A stretch of 64,000 nucleotides of DNA from Octopus sinensis (GCF_006345805.1 NC_042999.1:20026001-20090000), one strand, 5' to 3'; positions 34,561 to 49,364 are shown, numbered from the stretch's first letter. The notes: a model not told the origin generated them from the sequence alone. Translations and numbers: made by a program.

Positions 34561-34669
34561 ATGCATATATTTATATATATTATATATACATACAAAATGG
34601 CGGTGCCCCAGCATGGCCACAGCTCATGAGCTGAAACTAGAATCAATCAATCATACATACATATATATA

Positions 34670-34704
<35 letters not shown>

Positions 34705-37167
34705 ACGGGTTTCTTTCAGTTTCCATCATACAAATCCACTCACAAGGATTTGGTCAGCCCGTGGCTCCACTAGAAGACACTTGCCCAAGGTGGCATTCAG
34801 TGGGACTGAATCCGAAACCATGTGGTTCGTAAGCAAGCTACTTACCACACAGCCACTCCTACACCTGGTCAAATTTGGTCTTTAATGTGTTATCAGTTTT
34901 ATGTTTATTGGATTTACACTACATGTATGTAGATTAGAGATATATACATGTATATATGCATTTGAGCATCTATGTACATACATACATACATATTTTGTAT
35001 AAGTGTGTGCGTATGTATATGTATACGTGTGTCAGTGTGAAAATATACATTTCATATGTGTGCACATTTGTTCCATCATGTTTAAAAAACTTTTGTCCCA
35101 ATCGTTTTCTAATATGCGCTAAACCAGTGATTACATCATTGGAAAACTGTAAGCCACATTGCCATTTCACACCAAACACAATATAAATTTAAAAGCAAAA
35201 AATTGCATTTCAAAATTCATCTAATGTCACTGGAAACTCCTCCCATTTGACAGTTCAATGTTAAAATAAATGTACACTAGAAGAGACACGTTGAAATTCT
35301 TTACAAAATTACATATTCAAGTTTTGTCAGTTTAAGTTTAGCTGTTAAAACGTTGACAGTGCATCAATAGAAACGACTTGGACCGTGCATTTGGGGCTTC
35401 CACTTGTTTTAGTTTCCTTTATACAGAAACAGAAGCTGAATGGGTTGGAAACAAAATCTAAAAGCTTCAACACTTGCATTAGACGTTAAATCATTTACTC
35501 AATGCAGAGCTTCTGAGGTGTCTTTTTCTTCTTTTCCTTATGTATAGTGGCATGTATGTGTATGTGTGTACACACACACACACATACACACACATGTACA
35601 TATATATATATGTGCATATCTGCGTTTGCATATGTATGTATATGTATATATATGTATATATATATTCATATATATATATGTAAGTATATATATATACATA
35701 TATATGTGTATATGAATATATATATGTATATATCATTTACGTTAAATCATTTACTCAATGCAGAGCTTCTGAGGTGTCTTTTTCTTCTTTTCCTTATGTA
35801 TAGTGGCATGTATGTGTATGTGTGTACACACACACACACATACACACACATGTACATATATATATATGTGCATATCTGTGTTTGCATATATATGTATATG
35901 TATATATATGTATATATATATTCATATATATATATGTAAGTATATATATATACATATATATGTGTATATGAATATATATATGTATATATATATATATGTA
36001 TATATATATACATGTATATACATGTATCTATATATATATACACACACACACATATATATAATGTATATTCTGCATTGTTGCATATATACTGTATATGTAA
36101 GCAAATGCACGCATATATACGTACATATACACATATACACATGTCTATATAGGTATATACATAATATAAATATATATATATGTATGTATATTATGTATAT
36201 CCCTATATAGACTTGTGTATATGTGCATGTGTAAATACCTATATAGACATGTATTTATATGTATAAACATGTATGAAAATAAATTATATATATATGTATG
36301 TATATAATATTATATAGTATATATATATATATATGTTTACACACATACACACACATATATATATCTATGTTTACACACATACACCACACACACACACATA
36401 TATATATATGTTTACACATATAATTTATATTAAAAAAAACGTATGTATATATATGCTATTTTTTCTATGTACGATATATACGTAACTGTGTTTATCTATG
36501 GGTGTCTGTGTATTTTTATAAAGGACAAGCTTATAAATCATTCTATTTGACACAAAAAAGTGAAATGTTTGGATTATTTCATCTCCTTAGTCCAACACAC
36601 ACTCGCACACATACATTAAATCTGAGTCAACTCTTAAACAAAGGATTGGAATCTCAAAAGAATAAATTGCTACTTCTATATCGAAGTTGAAATTTATCAT
36701 ACCACACACGTACATATGAATACAGTAACAAACCGCACAAGGGAGTGAATTAATCATACTAATAAAAACTGTTAGGCATAAATAATTTATAAATATTTTA
36801 AATAGAAAGCTAATACAATGTGTCTTTCACTTGAAAGTGAAATACAGCAGCCATTTGGGAACCAAAGAGGAAATAAATAACATAGAAAAACAATAAAAAT
36901 TATTACTCTTAAATCATTTAATTGGCCAAATATATATCACAATCATCATCATCGTCGTCGTCGTCGTCGTCCTTATTTTACGTCTATTTTTTCTTGTTTA
37001 CATTAGTTAGATGAGTCTTTTCCAGCTCAGAATCTTGTTACAATTTACAGTTCTTTGTCTTCGACTTATTTGGGTTCAGCGTCTTAAGATCAGCTTTCAC
37101 TAGTTTATTGCATGTCATCTTTTGGTTTCCTCCATCTCTCTCTCTCTGTCTCTGTCTCTCTCTCTCT

Positions 37168-37680
37168 CATCATCATCATCCTCATCATCGTTTAACGTCC
37201 ATTTTCCATGCAAGCATGGGTTGGATGCTTCGATCTGTGTCCGGGAAGCCAGGAGGCTGCACCAGGCTCCAGTCTGATCTGGCATTGTTTCTACAGCTGG
37301 ATGCCCTTCCAAACACCAACCACTCCATGAGTGTAGTAGGTGCTTTTTTATGTGCCACCAGCACAGGGGCCAGAGGAGGCTGGCAACGTCCATGATCGGT
37401 TGGTGCTTTTTACATGCCACCAGCATAGACACCAGTCAAGGCAGTGCTGGCATCAGCCACATTCGGATGGTGTTTTTTACGTGCCACCGGCATAGGTATC
37501 ACAACTACAATTTCCATTTGATTTTTATTTTGATATTGATATACTTGACTCAATAGGTCTCCTCAAGCAGAGCAGGTCACCCTACAATCCAAGGTAAGAA
37601 CAGCAGGAACATTCTGCGAGCAATGAACTCACTTCATTTGTCAGGTCTTCGAAGTCACAGCATATTTCCAGAGGTCTCAG
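37168..37680 (-). mobile_element. Repeat family C copy (long form)
   Basis: Same core as 17610-18105 and 25741-26068. Confidence 0.8.
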
Positions 37681-38074
37681 GCTTGTATATGTATGTATGT
37701 AGGAATACATAACTATGTATGTATGTATGTTGTTTGTATGTCATTATTCAGTTTTATTTAAGGTGGTGAGCTGGTAGAATCATCAGGACAAAATGCTTAG
37801 CGGTATTTCATCTGCTGCTACATTCTGAGTTCAAATTCCACCAAGGTCAACTTTGCTTTTCATACTTTCAGGTTTGATAAATTAAGCAATTTTTCTTACA
37901 TGCTCACAATTCAGTCACGTGGACCATATTTATCAACCCCACCCCAAAAAATGACATAAAATTTGGCCCCATTAAGATTTGAACTCAGACTGCAAAGTAT
38001 TTCAATGATCACTACAAAGCAATATTTCTTATAAGCTCACAATTCTGTCAAGTGGACTATACATATCGACCCCT

Positions 38075-38264
38075 GGTGGCGAGCTGGCAGAAACGTTAGC
38101 GCGCCGGGCGAAATGCTTACCGGTATTACGTCTGTCGTTAGTTCAAATTCCGCCAAGGTCGACTTTGTCTTTCATCCTTTCGGGGTCGATAAATAAAGTA
38201 CCAGTTTCGCACTGGGGTCGATGTAATCGATTTGTCTGTCCTTGTTTGTCCCCTCTATGTTTAG
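38075..38264 (+). mobile_element. SINE family B monomer
   Basis: ggtggcgagctggcagaaacgttagc...agttcaaattccgccaaggtcgac...gtcccctctatgtttag. Confidence 0.9.
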
Positions 38265-38826
38265 TCGATATATTTATCGACCCCCAAAAGATTACATAAT
38301 ATTTGACCCCATTAAGATTTGAACTCAGATTCCAAAGTGCCAGAATGATCACTACATAGCAATCTTTCTTACATGCCCACAATTCTGCCAAGTGGCTGCT
38401 TCACATATTGCATGATATTTGATCTTGAATATGTAAAATGTGTGCTTCGTTACTAGCTGATGATTGCATAACAGATATGCAACATTGATTGGGTTTTGTA
38501 ATTGGGTGGTGACTCTTTAGTGTGTGTGTGTGTATGTTTGCTAGAGTGTGTACGTGTGTGTATGTGCATGTGTGTTTGTGTATGCTCATGAGTGTGTACA
38601 TGTCCTCATGTGTATATATGTGTGTGCATGCATGTGTGCATCTGTGTAAGCACGCATGCGTGTATAAGTGTGTGGATGTGTATGTGAGCATGTATGTGTG
38701 TGTGTGTGCATGCTTGTATGTGTGTGTGTGTGTGTGCCTGTGTATATGTGGTGTGTGCATGCACAGAAATTACACTGTGGGACTTGTAATATTGATTCAA
38801 AAAATTTTGTTATTTTTCACCGCATA

Positions 38827-39001
38827 GGCGTAGGAGTGGCTGTGTGGAAAGTAGCTTGCTTACCAAACACATAGTTCTAGGTTCAGTCCCACTGCGTGGA
38901 ACCTTGGGCAGGTGTCATCTACTATAACCTTGGGTCGACCAAAGCCTTATGAGTGGAATTGGTAGATGGAAACTGAAAGAATCCCGTCGTATATAGGTAT
39001 G

Positions 39002-39060
<59 letters not shown>

Positions 39061-39288
39061 GTATATGTTTGTGTGTTTGTGTTTGTCACCACAACATCGC
39101 TTGACAACCGATGTTGGTGTGTTTACGTCTCCGTATCTCTGCGGTTTGGCAAAAGAGACCGATAAAATAAGTACTAGGCTTCCAAAGAATAAGTCCTGGG
39201 GTCGATTTGCTCGACTAAAGGCAGTGCTCCAGCCTGGCCACTGTCAAATGACTGAAACAAGTAAAAGAGTAAAAGAGAGTAAAAGAGT
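38827..39288 (+). mobile_element. SINE family A copy
   Basis: Full head to (TAAAAGAG)n tail. Confidence 0.9.
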
Positions 39289-39554
39289 ATATGTTCACTG
39301 TATTACTGACTGCAGATTTGTGTGTCTTGGTTATTTGCAGCATTCTCTTCTGTTTCTGAATTTTCTGTTGTCTTAAAGAGTGCTCTAAGTAGTGTATGTG
39401 TAGTGGCTATAAATTATATTTTGTGTATTTTGTGCAAGCCTGTACAGATGTGTATGCAAACTGACAGACTCCTGAGAGTGAATACTCCGGCACCACAACC
39501 ATCAAATTAGTATCATACAAATGACAAGAATTTTTACTCTATAACATCCATAAT

Positions 39555-39575
39555 AATATTAATAATAATGATAAT

Positions 39576-39613
<38 letters not shown>

Positions 39614-39670
39614 TAATAATGATAATAATAATAATAATGATAATAATAGTAAAAAAAATAATAATAATAA

Positions 39671-39726
<56 letters not shown>

Positions 39727-39757
39727 TAACAATAATAATAATAATAATAATATCAAT

Positions 39758-39833
<76 letters not shown>

Positions 39834-39838
39834 TAATA
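39555..39838. repeat. (AAT)n microsatellite
   Basis: Direct reading. Confidence 0.98.
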
Positions 39839-40218
39839 ACTCATTTGAAAAGGAAACACTAAACAGGTTGCCAAAACTTTTTATTTGCTAAAAGAAAATT
39901 AGAATTAAAGAAATTTTATTTTCTTAAGCTAGAGAAGAGTTACTGAAATAGTTTGCTTTAAAATTAATTTATTAAAATGATTTTGTAAAATTGGAAGTCA
40001 TTGACTTTACCAAGGAATACAGAGTTCGGTCCAAATTAAGAGTACAATTTTAATATGATCATTGACCTTGGTGTACGTGTATGTATGTGTGTGCTTGTGT
40101 GTTTGTGTGTGAGTGTCTGTGTATGTGTATGTGTGTGTGTGTGTGTGTGTGTGTATTAGTGGCTTCTGCCATCAGCTTCAATGTATGAGAGTTATACTGC
40201 CAATATTATAACAATTAG

Positions 40219-40995
40219 AAAGGTGGCAAGCTGGCAGAATCGTTAGCACCCCAAGCAAAATGCATAGCAGTATTTCACCTGTCATTATGTTCTGAGTTCA
40301 AATTCCACCAAGCTCGTCTTTGCCTTTCATCCTTTCAGGATCAATAAATTAACTACCAGTTACGCACTGGTGTCGATGTAATTAACTTAATCCGTTTGTC
40401 TATCCTTGTTTGTCCTCTCTGTGTTTAGTCCCTTGTGGGTAGTAAAGAAATAGGTATTTCGCCCATCGTTATATTCTGAGTTCAAATTCCACCAGGGTCG
40501 GCTTTGCCATTCATCCTTTCAGGGTCAATAAATTAAGTACCAGTTACGCACTGGTGTCGATGTAATCAACTTAATCCGTTTGTCTATCCTTGTTTGTCCT
40601 CTCTGTGTTTAGTCCCTTGTGGGTAGTAAAGAAATAGGTATTTCGCCCATCGTTATATTCTGAGTTCAAATTCCACCAGGGTTGGCTTTGCCATTCATCC
40701 TTTCGGGGTTGATAAATTAAGTACCAGTTACGCACTGGTGTCGATATAATCAACTTAATCCGTTTGTCTATCCTTGTTTGTCCTCTCTGTGTTTAGCCCT
40801 TTGTGGGTAGTAAAGAAATAGGTATTACGCCCATCGTTATATTCTGAGTTCAAATTCCACCAAGGTCGGCTTTGCCATTCATCCTTTCGGGGTTGATAAA
40901 TTAAGTACCATTTGAGTACTGGGGTCGATGTACTTGAACAACCTCCTTACTCCAAATTTCAGGCCTTGCACCTATAGTAGAAAGGATTATAATAA
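40219..40995 (+). repeat. SINE family B head followed by ~3.7 tandem 184-bp units
   Basis: tctgagttcaaattcc at 40291, 40475, 40659 and 40843. Confidence 0.93.
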
Positions 40996-41248
40996 TTAGA
41001 ATAACAATGCAGGTGGTTTATATTCAGTGATGAAGGCTTATGTAGATCAAGCCACAACTTTGGGAAAATGCTGAAAGCAGAAAGTTGATGCAAATGTTTT
41101 CCCAGTCTCAATGAGCCATATTCTTCAGGCTTATCTGTTGAAATTCTCCATCTCCTGTGTTAGATGCTTTTGCTAGGGCTAAGATTCAAACCCACCTTTG
41201 TAGGATTAATATTCATTAGATAACAAACCAGAAATGTCTTAGACTTCG

Positions 41249-41284
<36 letters not shown>

Positions 41285-41420
41285 AACACTTTGTTTGTGG
41301 ATCAAAAAGACTACCAATGGTTTCAGATAAGAGAAAATCATTACAATTGTTCAAACATACCAAATAGAGACAAGTACAAACGTTTCCATGTGGCATGTTT
41401 AAACAATTATAAAGAGTATA

Positions 41421-41599
41421 GGTGTAGGAGTGGCTGTGTGGTAAGTAGCTTGCTTACAAACCACATGGTTCCAGGTTCAGTCCCACTGCGTGCCACCTTG
41501 GGCAAGTGTCCTCTACTATAGCCTCGGGCAGACCAAAGCCTTGTGAGTGGATTTGGTAGACGGAAACTAAAAGAAGCCCGCCGTATATATGCATATGTA

Positions 41600-41662
<63 letters not shown>

Positions 41663-41870
41663 ATGTGTATATGCTTGTGTGTCTGTGTTTGTCCCCCCAA
41701 CATCACTTGACAACCGATGCTGGTGTGTTTACATCCCCGTAACTTAGCAGTTCGGCAAAAGGGACTGATAGAATAAGTACTAGGGTCGATTTCCTCGACT
41801 AAATGTGGTGCTTCAGCATGGCCACAGTCAAATGACTGAAACAAGTAGAAGAATAAAAAGAGTAAGAGTA
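41421..41870 (+). mobile_element. SINE family A copy
   Basis: Full head to tail. Confidence 0.9.
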
Positions 41871-42826
41871 ATGGATTGAGCATGCTATGTAGATCAAATT
41901 CAGTCAAGCTGTGAACAAATCATAGCTCAAAAGTTGTGACATTTTAGGTGACCATGATTGACAGTATTGACCCATGCTTTTTGAATATATTCAAAAACGC
42001 ATAGAGCAATCTGTTTCTTGATGTTAGTAGCTCAGAAAAATATTATATGCATTTTCTAAGAGCTCAAGATGAAAAAAATTGCTGAAGCTCCCAGCTACTT
42101 AATGACAAAAGCATTTTTATGGAAGTGCAAACCTATTAATACCAAACGCTGAAGTTTGATCCAAATGCACCGGCTCAAATAAAAAAAAGAGCAGCCAAAT
42201 TTGTTAACAGAGGAAAGTATTTTTTTTCATGCTGTTCTTTGCAGCTATTTCAAAGTCTACTGTAAGTAATCCTAGACAAATATTTCTCTTTAAGGAAAAT
42301 TGAAAATGATGTGTGCAGTCTTTTCATCTTTATTTTCGCTAATGCAAATAAAAAAATAAAATAAAATTAATGTAAAGTATTATTTTATATTAAACAGCAT
42401 GAAAGTACAAAGCTGCCTCCAGTAGGCTCACAAGAAAATGTTCCATCACTAAGCCACTTATTTTTCCTTGCCATTATATATATATGTACATACACACAGG
42501 CACACACATTCATACACATATGTACATATGTATGCATGTATATATGTATATACATGCATGTGTGTAGGGATGTATATCTATCTATTTATCATTATTCTTT
42601 TATTATTTTACTTGTTTTCAGACATCTGACTGTAGCCATGCTGGAACGCCACCTTTAGTCAAACAAATCGACCCAGAACTTATTCTTTGTAAGTCTAGTA
42701 CTTATTCTATCGGTCTCTTTTGCTGAACCACTAAGTTATGGTGACATAGACGCAGCAACATCGGTTGTCAATCGACTGTATGGTTGTGAAGCAATCTTCT
42801 TACCACACAGCCAATCCTGTGCCTAT

Positions 42827-42901
<75 letters not shown>

Positions 42902-43293
42902 ATATGTGTCTATACACACTCTCACACACACACATATTTCTATATAGAGAGAGACAGAAAGACAGAGAGAAAGAAAGAGATTTGTTGATGAGTGCTCCAG
43001 CTGATCCAATCAACAGAACAGCCTACTTGTGAAATTAATGTGCAATTAGCTGAACACTCCACAGACACATGGCTCGAGAAGGAACAAACAATATATATAT
43101 ATACATATATATGCTTGAAATGAAGAGTAGATAGACGGCCGACAACTGATGAAGGGTTGTTCTTTATGTTACTGTTCTTGTTTTCCATTTTTTCTCTCAT
43201 AGTTTGTATATTGAACTCATTGCTTTTGTATTTCATGTTGTTTACTGTTTGGTGACCTCTTGTACCCATATATGCATGTGTTTATATATATAT

Positions 43294-43331
<38 letters not shown>

Positions 43332-43345
43332 CTATTTGCACACAC

Positions 43346-43395
<50 letters not shown>

Positions 43396-43839
43396 ATATG
43401 TGTGTGTGTCTATACACACTCTCACACACACACATATTTCTATATAGAGAGAGACAGAAAGACAGAGAGAAAGAAAGAGATTTGTTGATGAGTGCTCCAG
43501 CTGATCCAATCAACAGAACAGCCTACTTGTGAAATTAATGTGCAATTAGCTGAACACTCCACAGACACATGGCTCGAGAAGGAACAAACAATATATATAT
43601 ATACATATATATGCTTGAAATGAAGAGTAGATAGACGGCCGACAACTGATGAAGGGTTGTTCTTATGTTACTGTTCTTGTTTTCCATTTTTTCTCTCATA
43701 GTTTGTATATTGAACTCATTTGCTTTTGTATTTCATGTTGTTTACTGTTTGGTGACCTCTTGTACCCATATATGCATGTGTTTATATATATATATATATA
43801 TATATATAAATATATATATATATAATATATATCTATTTG

Positions 43840-43882
<43 letters not shown>

Positions 43883-43904
43883 TATTTATATATCTATATA
43901 TTGT

Positions 43905-44092
43905 GGTCATCGTGCCGCTGGCACGTAAAATCACCCACTACACTCTCGGAGTGGTTGGCGTTAGGAAGGGCATCCAGCTGTAGAAACTCTGCCAGATCAG
44001 ATTGGAGTCTGGTGCAGCCATCTGGTTCGCCAGACCTTAGTCAAATCGTCCAACCCATGCTAGCATGGAAAGTGGACGTTAAACAATGAACT

Positions 44093-44127
<35 letters not shown>

Positions 44128-44128
44128 T
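43905..44128 (+). mobile_element. Repeat family C 3' part with (GAT)n tail
   Basis: ggttggcgttaggaagggcatccagc...ggaaagtggacgttaaac + (gat)n. Confidence 0.85.
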
Positions 44129-45559
44129 TGTAATCTAACATCGGACTGTTATATAACGTCCACTCTGGTAAGTAAGAAATGACTACTTATGACCGACTAC
44201 TAACTTCTTGATGTGATCGTATTTGTAACAACTAGCACATACCACTTGTCATGTCGGAGGGGTGTTCCATTATAATTATTATCCCCATAACAAACACACA
44301 AACACACACACACACACATATATATATATCTGTATGTACCAGTTTAACTTCACAATATTGTCCAATATCAATAAATACAGTAAAGATTTTTTTAAATGTA
44401 TATGTTTTTGTTGTTGTTGTGCTGGTTGTGGTGGTGGTGGTGTTGGTGGTGGTGATGTCAGTGACATGTTTCGAGGTGCTCATAAGATCGATTGTTTGTT
44501 TACCTATTCAAATGTTAATTGTTGAAATGTTGTTATAAAGCATTCGCTAAGCCAACCAGAATCCAATCCAGAATAAAAGACGAGCTGGTCCTTTTGTTTC
44601 TCAGTCTTTTGGGACTGAAATTTTGCTGAAATATTTTGAATTTATTCTAAACATATTCTTTAATTCCTAAACATTGAATTGGCTTCCACAACCTGCAAGC
44701 TAAAAAGATAGGAGGTGACTCACAAAGGTGGGAGCAGTAAGGGTCAGGGTCACTTTATGTCATCATGCATATGGAAGGAGAGGGATGAGGGAGCCATTTT
44801 CAAGTGTTGAAGGTTCAGTCTATAAAATTGCGCCACTGCTATAGAGATAAATGACAGGATCAGTAATAACAACAACACCAACAACAGCAACATGGAAAAA
44901 ACAAAATCTGTGATAGCAGCTTCAGGGGGCATAAAGATGGTATTCTTGTCATGAAAGAGGGGAGGCGTTTTTATCATTGAGAGGTCAAAGTTCAAAGTTC
45001 AAAAAAATTGCACCATTTCATTAGCAGCTATTGACAGTAATTGTAAAAACAACATTGATAAAAACAGCAAAAATAGTAGTAGCAGCAGCAGCAGCAGTAG
45101 CAGCAATAATGACAAAAGCAGGACAATAGCAGCAGAGAAAGCAATAGCCTTTTTCAGCAGCCACAGCAACAGCAGCAGAACAGCAGCATTAACAGGGACA
45201 ATAGCAGCAGCAGCAGCTGTGACTGCAGCAACGATAACAAGGCTTCTTCACTACAATAGTCTCCACAATACAGTCTCACCCAAGAAGATAACCAGCTGGA
45301 ATTAGAAGATGCTGCTCACTTTAGGAAAATTTCAGGGAGACAGGAAAAACATATTCCCAATTATGGTACACTTGCTTGCACCTTCTAGAAAGATCGTTCT
45401 ATATTGTTCTGTGAGTTTAACAAAACGTTTGGTGGAAGATTTTAATTCAGAACTTTTGAAAACAAGACACTTGTACTCAGAGCCAGAACCAGTTTCAGCC
45501 AGGTTGGCAACGAAATGGTTAAAGGATATGAAGGCACTGGAGTGTCTGTGTGGTAAGTA

Positions 45560-45974
45560 GGCGCAGGAGTGGCTATGTGGTAAGTAGTTTGTTTACCAAC
45601 CACATGGTTCTGGGTTCAGTCCCACTGCATGACACCTTGGGCAAGTGGCTTCTACTATAGCCTCGCGCCGACTAAAGCCTTCTGAGTGGATTTGGTAGAC
45701 GGAAACTAAAAGAAGCCCGTCGTATATATTTATATATATATATATATGTATGTGTGTTTATATGTTTGTGTGTATGTATTTGTTCCCCCAACATCGTTTG
45801 AGAACCGATGCTGGTGTGTTTATGTCCTCGTAACTTAGCAGCTCGGCAAAAGAAACTGATAGAATAAGTACTAGTGTTACAAAGAATAAGTCCTGGGTTC
45901 GAATTTCTTGACTAAAGGCAATGCTCCAGCATGGCTGCAGTCAAATAACTGAAATAAGTAAAAGAGTAAAGAGT
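45560..45974 (+). mobile_element. SINE family A copy (preceded by a duplicated 28-nt head)
   Basis: aggcactggagtgtctgtgtggtaagta at 45532-45559 directly precedes ggcgcaggagtggctatgtggtaagta. Confidence 0.9.
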
Positions 45975-46280
45975 TGCTTCTCCATCTCTAACAAGCTTCT
46001 AACAAGCCGTAAAAGCTCACCAAAACTTAACTTCATCTTCTGACATAGCAATAAATTTCAAAACTTGCTTAATATCTTCATTAATGACTTGACGTTCATT
46101 TTTGCATTATATTCACAGAAATGCTCTTTTTAAATACAAATACACATTGACAAGTTTCAGTTCCTTGAAGCCAAGTTGATGTACGAAAAATCCAAAACTA
46201 CATGTGCAAACACAAACACAAACATAAACACACACAGACAGTCACATGTATCCATATATACTTATATACATTCTTTAAAC

Positions 46281-46834
46281 TTTTATCATTGACTTGTTCC
46301 AGTCATTTGACTGTGGCCATGCTGGGGCACCGCCTTGAAGAGGGCTAGCTGAACAAATAAACTCCAGGACTTGCTTTTTTAATTTTTGTTTAAGCGTGGT
46401 ACTTATTCTATCAACCTCTTTTTGCTAAACTGCTTCGTTACAGTGATATAGACACAGCAACACTAGCCAAGCAGTAGAGGGGGACAAACACATACATCAA
46501 GAGACGGGCACACAAATATATACATATATATATGTGTGTGTGTATATATAAATATATAAATATCTGTATGTATATATATATATAAATGTGTGTGTGTATG
46601 TGTATATATAAATATGTGTGTGTATATATATATATATATATATAATATATATATATACACATATATATATATGGCAAGTTTCTTTCTGTTTTCATCTACC
46701 AAATCCACTCACAAGGCTTTGGTCAGCCCAAAGCTATAGTAGAAGACACTTGTTCAAGGTGCCACGCAGTGGGACTGAACCCAGAAACATGCATTCAGAT
46801 AGCAAGCTTCTTCTTACACAGCCACACCTGCACC
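46281..46834 (-). mobile_element. SINE family A copy
   Basis: Reverse-complement head (cacagccacacctgcacc) and tail. Confidence 0.85.
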
Positions 46835-47039
46835 AATACACACATATACGTTATATATACATGAATGTGTTCCTTGTGATTCAAATTCCATGCTCCATTG
46901 ATTGTCTGCTGTTGCTTGCTTAAGATTATAGTGGTGTGAATTTTATTCCACAATAAAAACATTGACTTTCTATGGTCGATACACTTTACAATATATTGTG
47001 TACACTTCTTCCATATATGTATGTACGTACTCATTTATT

Positions 47040-47440
47040 AATGTATATAGTAATAGTTGATTGCATCTCGCGTTTCTGAGATTGCAATCCAGTTCTTTTT
47101 CCTGGGTGTTTGAACCGCAGATGGCTCCACAATCGAAGGGTTGCATGAAACATATGGGCACATTGTGGACAAGGGATAGAAGGGGCTGGTATGGGAAGGA
47201 GAAGGCGCTGATTTCTCTCCCGTCTCTTGAGTTCAGCTCTTGCAACTCAGACTTTCTCGAAGGCTGCAGAACCCGTTTTGATGGTGTGTCTCTAGAGGGG
47301 TCTGTTTGCCAAGATATCTTCCCAGAATACGGGGTCGATGTTGGTGCTTTTCAGGGTTGATTCGAGTTGGTCCTTGCACAATCTCAAGGGGGGTTCCACG
47401 AGGACGTTTTCCTTCAGACAGTTCACCGTAGAGATAGATC
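47040..47440 (-). pseudogene. RTE (BovB-like) LINE 3' fragment with C2H2 finger
   Basis: Minus: YGELSEGKRPRGTP...KDQL...NRPL*RHTI...CPQCAHMFHATLRLWSHLRFKH. Confidence 0.85.
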
Positions 47441-48007
47441 TGTCTTTACAAGTGAATTAATATATGTATGGCATATATATTAATGTATATATTGTATATA
47501 TGTTAATGTATAGGACTTAATACTCTAACAGCTTAGAGTTCAAAGGTCTATAAATTCCCAATGCCTTGCCAAAAGGCCTCCACAATCTACAAGTTGTAGA
47601 TGTCCTCAGCGAGCTCTACACATCTTCCAGGATGAGGCCCATCTTGTAGGTTGTAGTTTCCGTTTCAGAATTTCTGGAACTATCACTGACACTGGCTTAC
47701 ACTTATTGTCCAATCCTCATATATGGTATTAACGCACTTTCTATTGCGTTGTTGCCTTTATTGAACTCATAAAACAAAATATGCCAAATATACTCCTTTG
47801 TCACCTCTATTATAGCTTTGAAAAAATAACAATTCAAATCGAACTGCACTCTTCAAAACTTGCAGTAAGAATAAGGACAAGGTAAAATTACTACCTGCTT
47901 TTATAGCAAGTTGATGCTGGTAGTATTCCCAACCCCTACAACTTTTAATTCAAGTAATTGAAAGAAAACATGTTATTTATAGGATGAGCCAATATCTATC
48001 TATCTAA

Positions 48008-48087
<80 letters not shown>

Positions 48088-48336
48088 TTCTCTCTCTCTC
48101 TCTCTCTCTCTCTATCTCCTCTATAATATATATATATATATATTATATATAATATATATAATATTTTACATAAACATAAATATGTGTATTTATCATTTTC
48201 TGTGCTGAATTGAAATTTTGCTTTGAATAAATTCCATCTATGATAGTTATTGCTTCTCAGATTATGATGTACCTATCCCTATCCAATCTAGCATTAGTAG
48301 CAGCGGCAGCATTGCTTTAAAATAATAATAATTATA

Positions 48337-48396
<60 letters not shown>

Positions 48397-49278
48397 TTAA
48401 TAATGATAATAAATATAATAATAATAATAATAATAATAAATGAAATAAAATATAATATATGCAAAATGAATATTATGAAACCACACTATAATAAAAAAAA
48501 TATATATATACAAATAGATAGCCAGATACTCTAGAGATCTATAAATTCTTTAAAGTTGCCAACTTTTATTCCCTTTTTTAAAACACTTTTACAAATGTGT
48601 GAAATAAATCAAAGTGAAAAGAAAAATTCATAAGCAAAACATTTTTGTTTTCTTTTGTCACTTATTATTTATTTACATTTATTCTTTTTTTTATATTCTA
48701 TTTTCTGCTCGTAATATAATTTAACTCGCTTTAAATCTTTGCAAGCATTTCTCAAATGTGGTTTGGTATTTTAGACAATTTAGTATTTTCAATTTTTTCC
48801 TCTTTGTTTTCTTTTTTTTTTTTTGTTTTTAGCTTCTTTGTTGGAAACCCAAAAAAAAGTCTTTATTTAGATATACATATACGCGCAGGACGTACGTACA
48901 GTCACACATAGTCATGACACACACACATGAATGTATATGCTCCAATACATGCACACATTCATACACACATACATACATAGATATGTACATATACAGATTC
49001 AATACATATATGTATGTATACATACATATATATATATATATAAACAAATCTATATATAGGGAGACTATATATATATATATATATACATGTGTGTGTGTAT
49101 AAAGTTTCACACTCTCTCTTTCTGTCTGTGTATATATATATATATATATATAATATATGTGTGTGTGTATATATGTATCTATATATATATTATATATATA
49201 TATATAATATATATATATATACACATACATATATACATACATATATATACATATACATATATATATACATATATATAC

Positions 49279-49340
<62 letters not shown>

Positions 49341-49364
49341 GTATATATATGTGTGTATATATAT

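Noticed and set aside
45070-45240. (CAG/GCA)-rich tract suggesting a poly-Gln/Ala/Ser exon
   Set aside because: Stops interrupt the frames and there are no supporting splice sites or long ORF.
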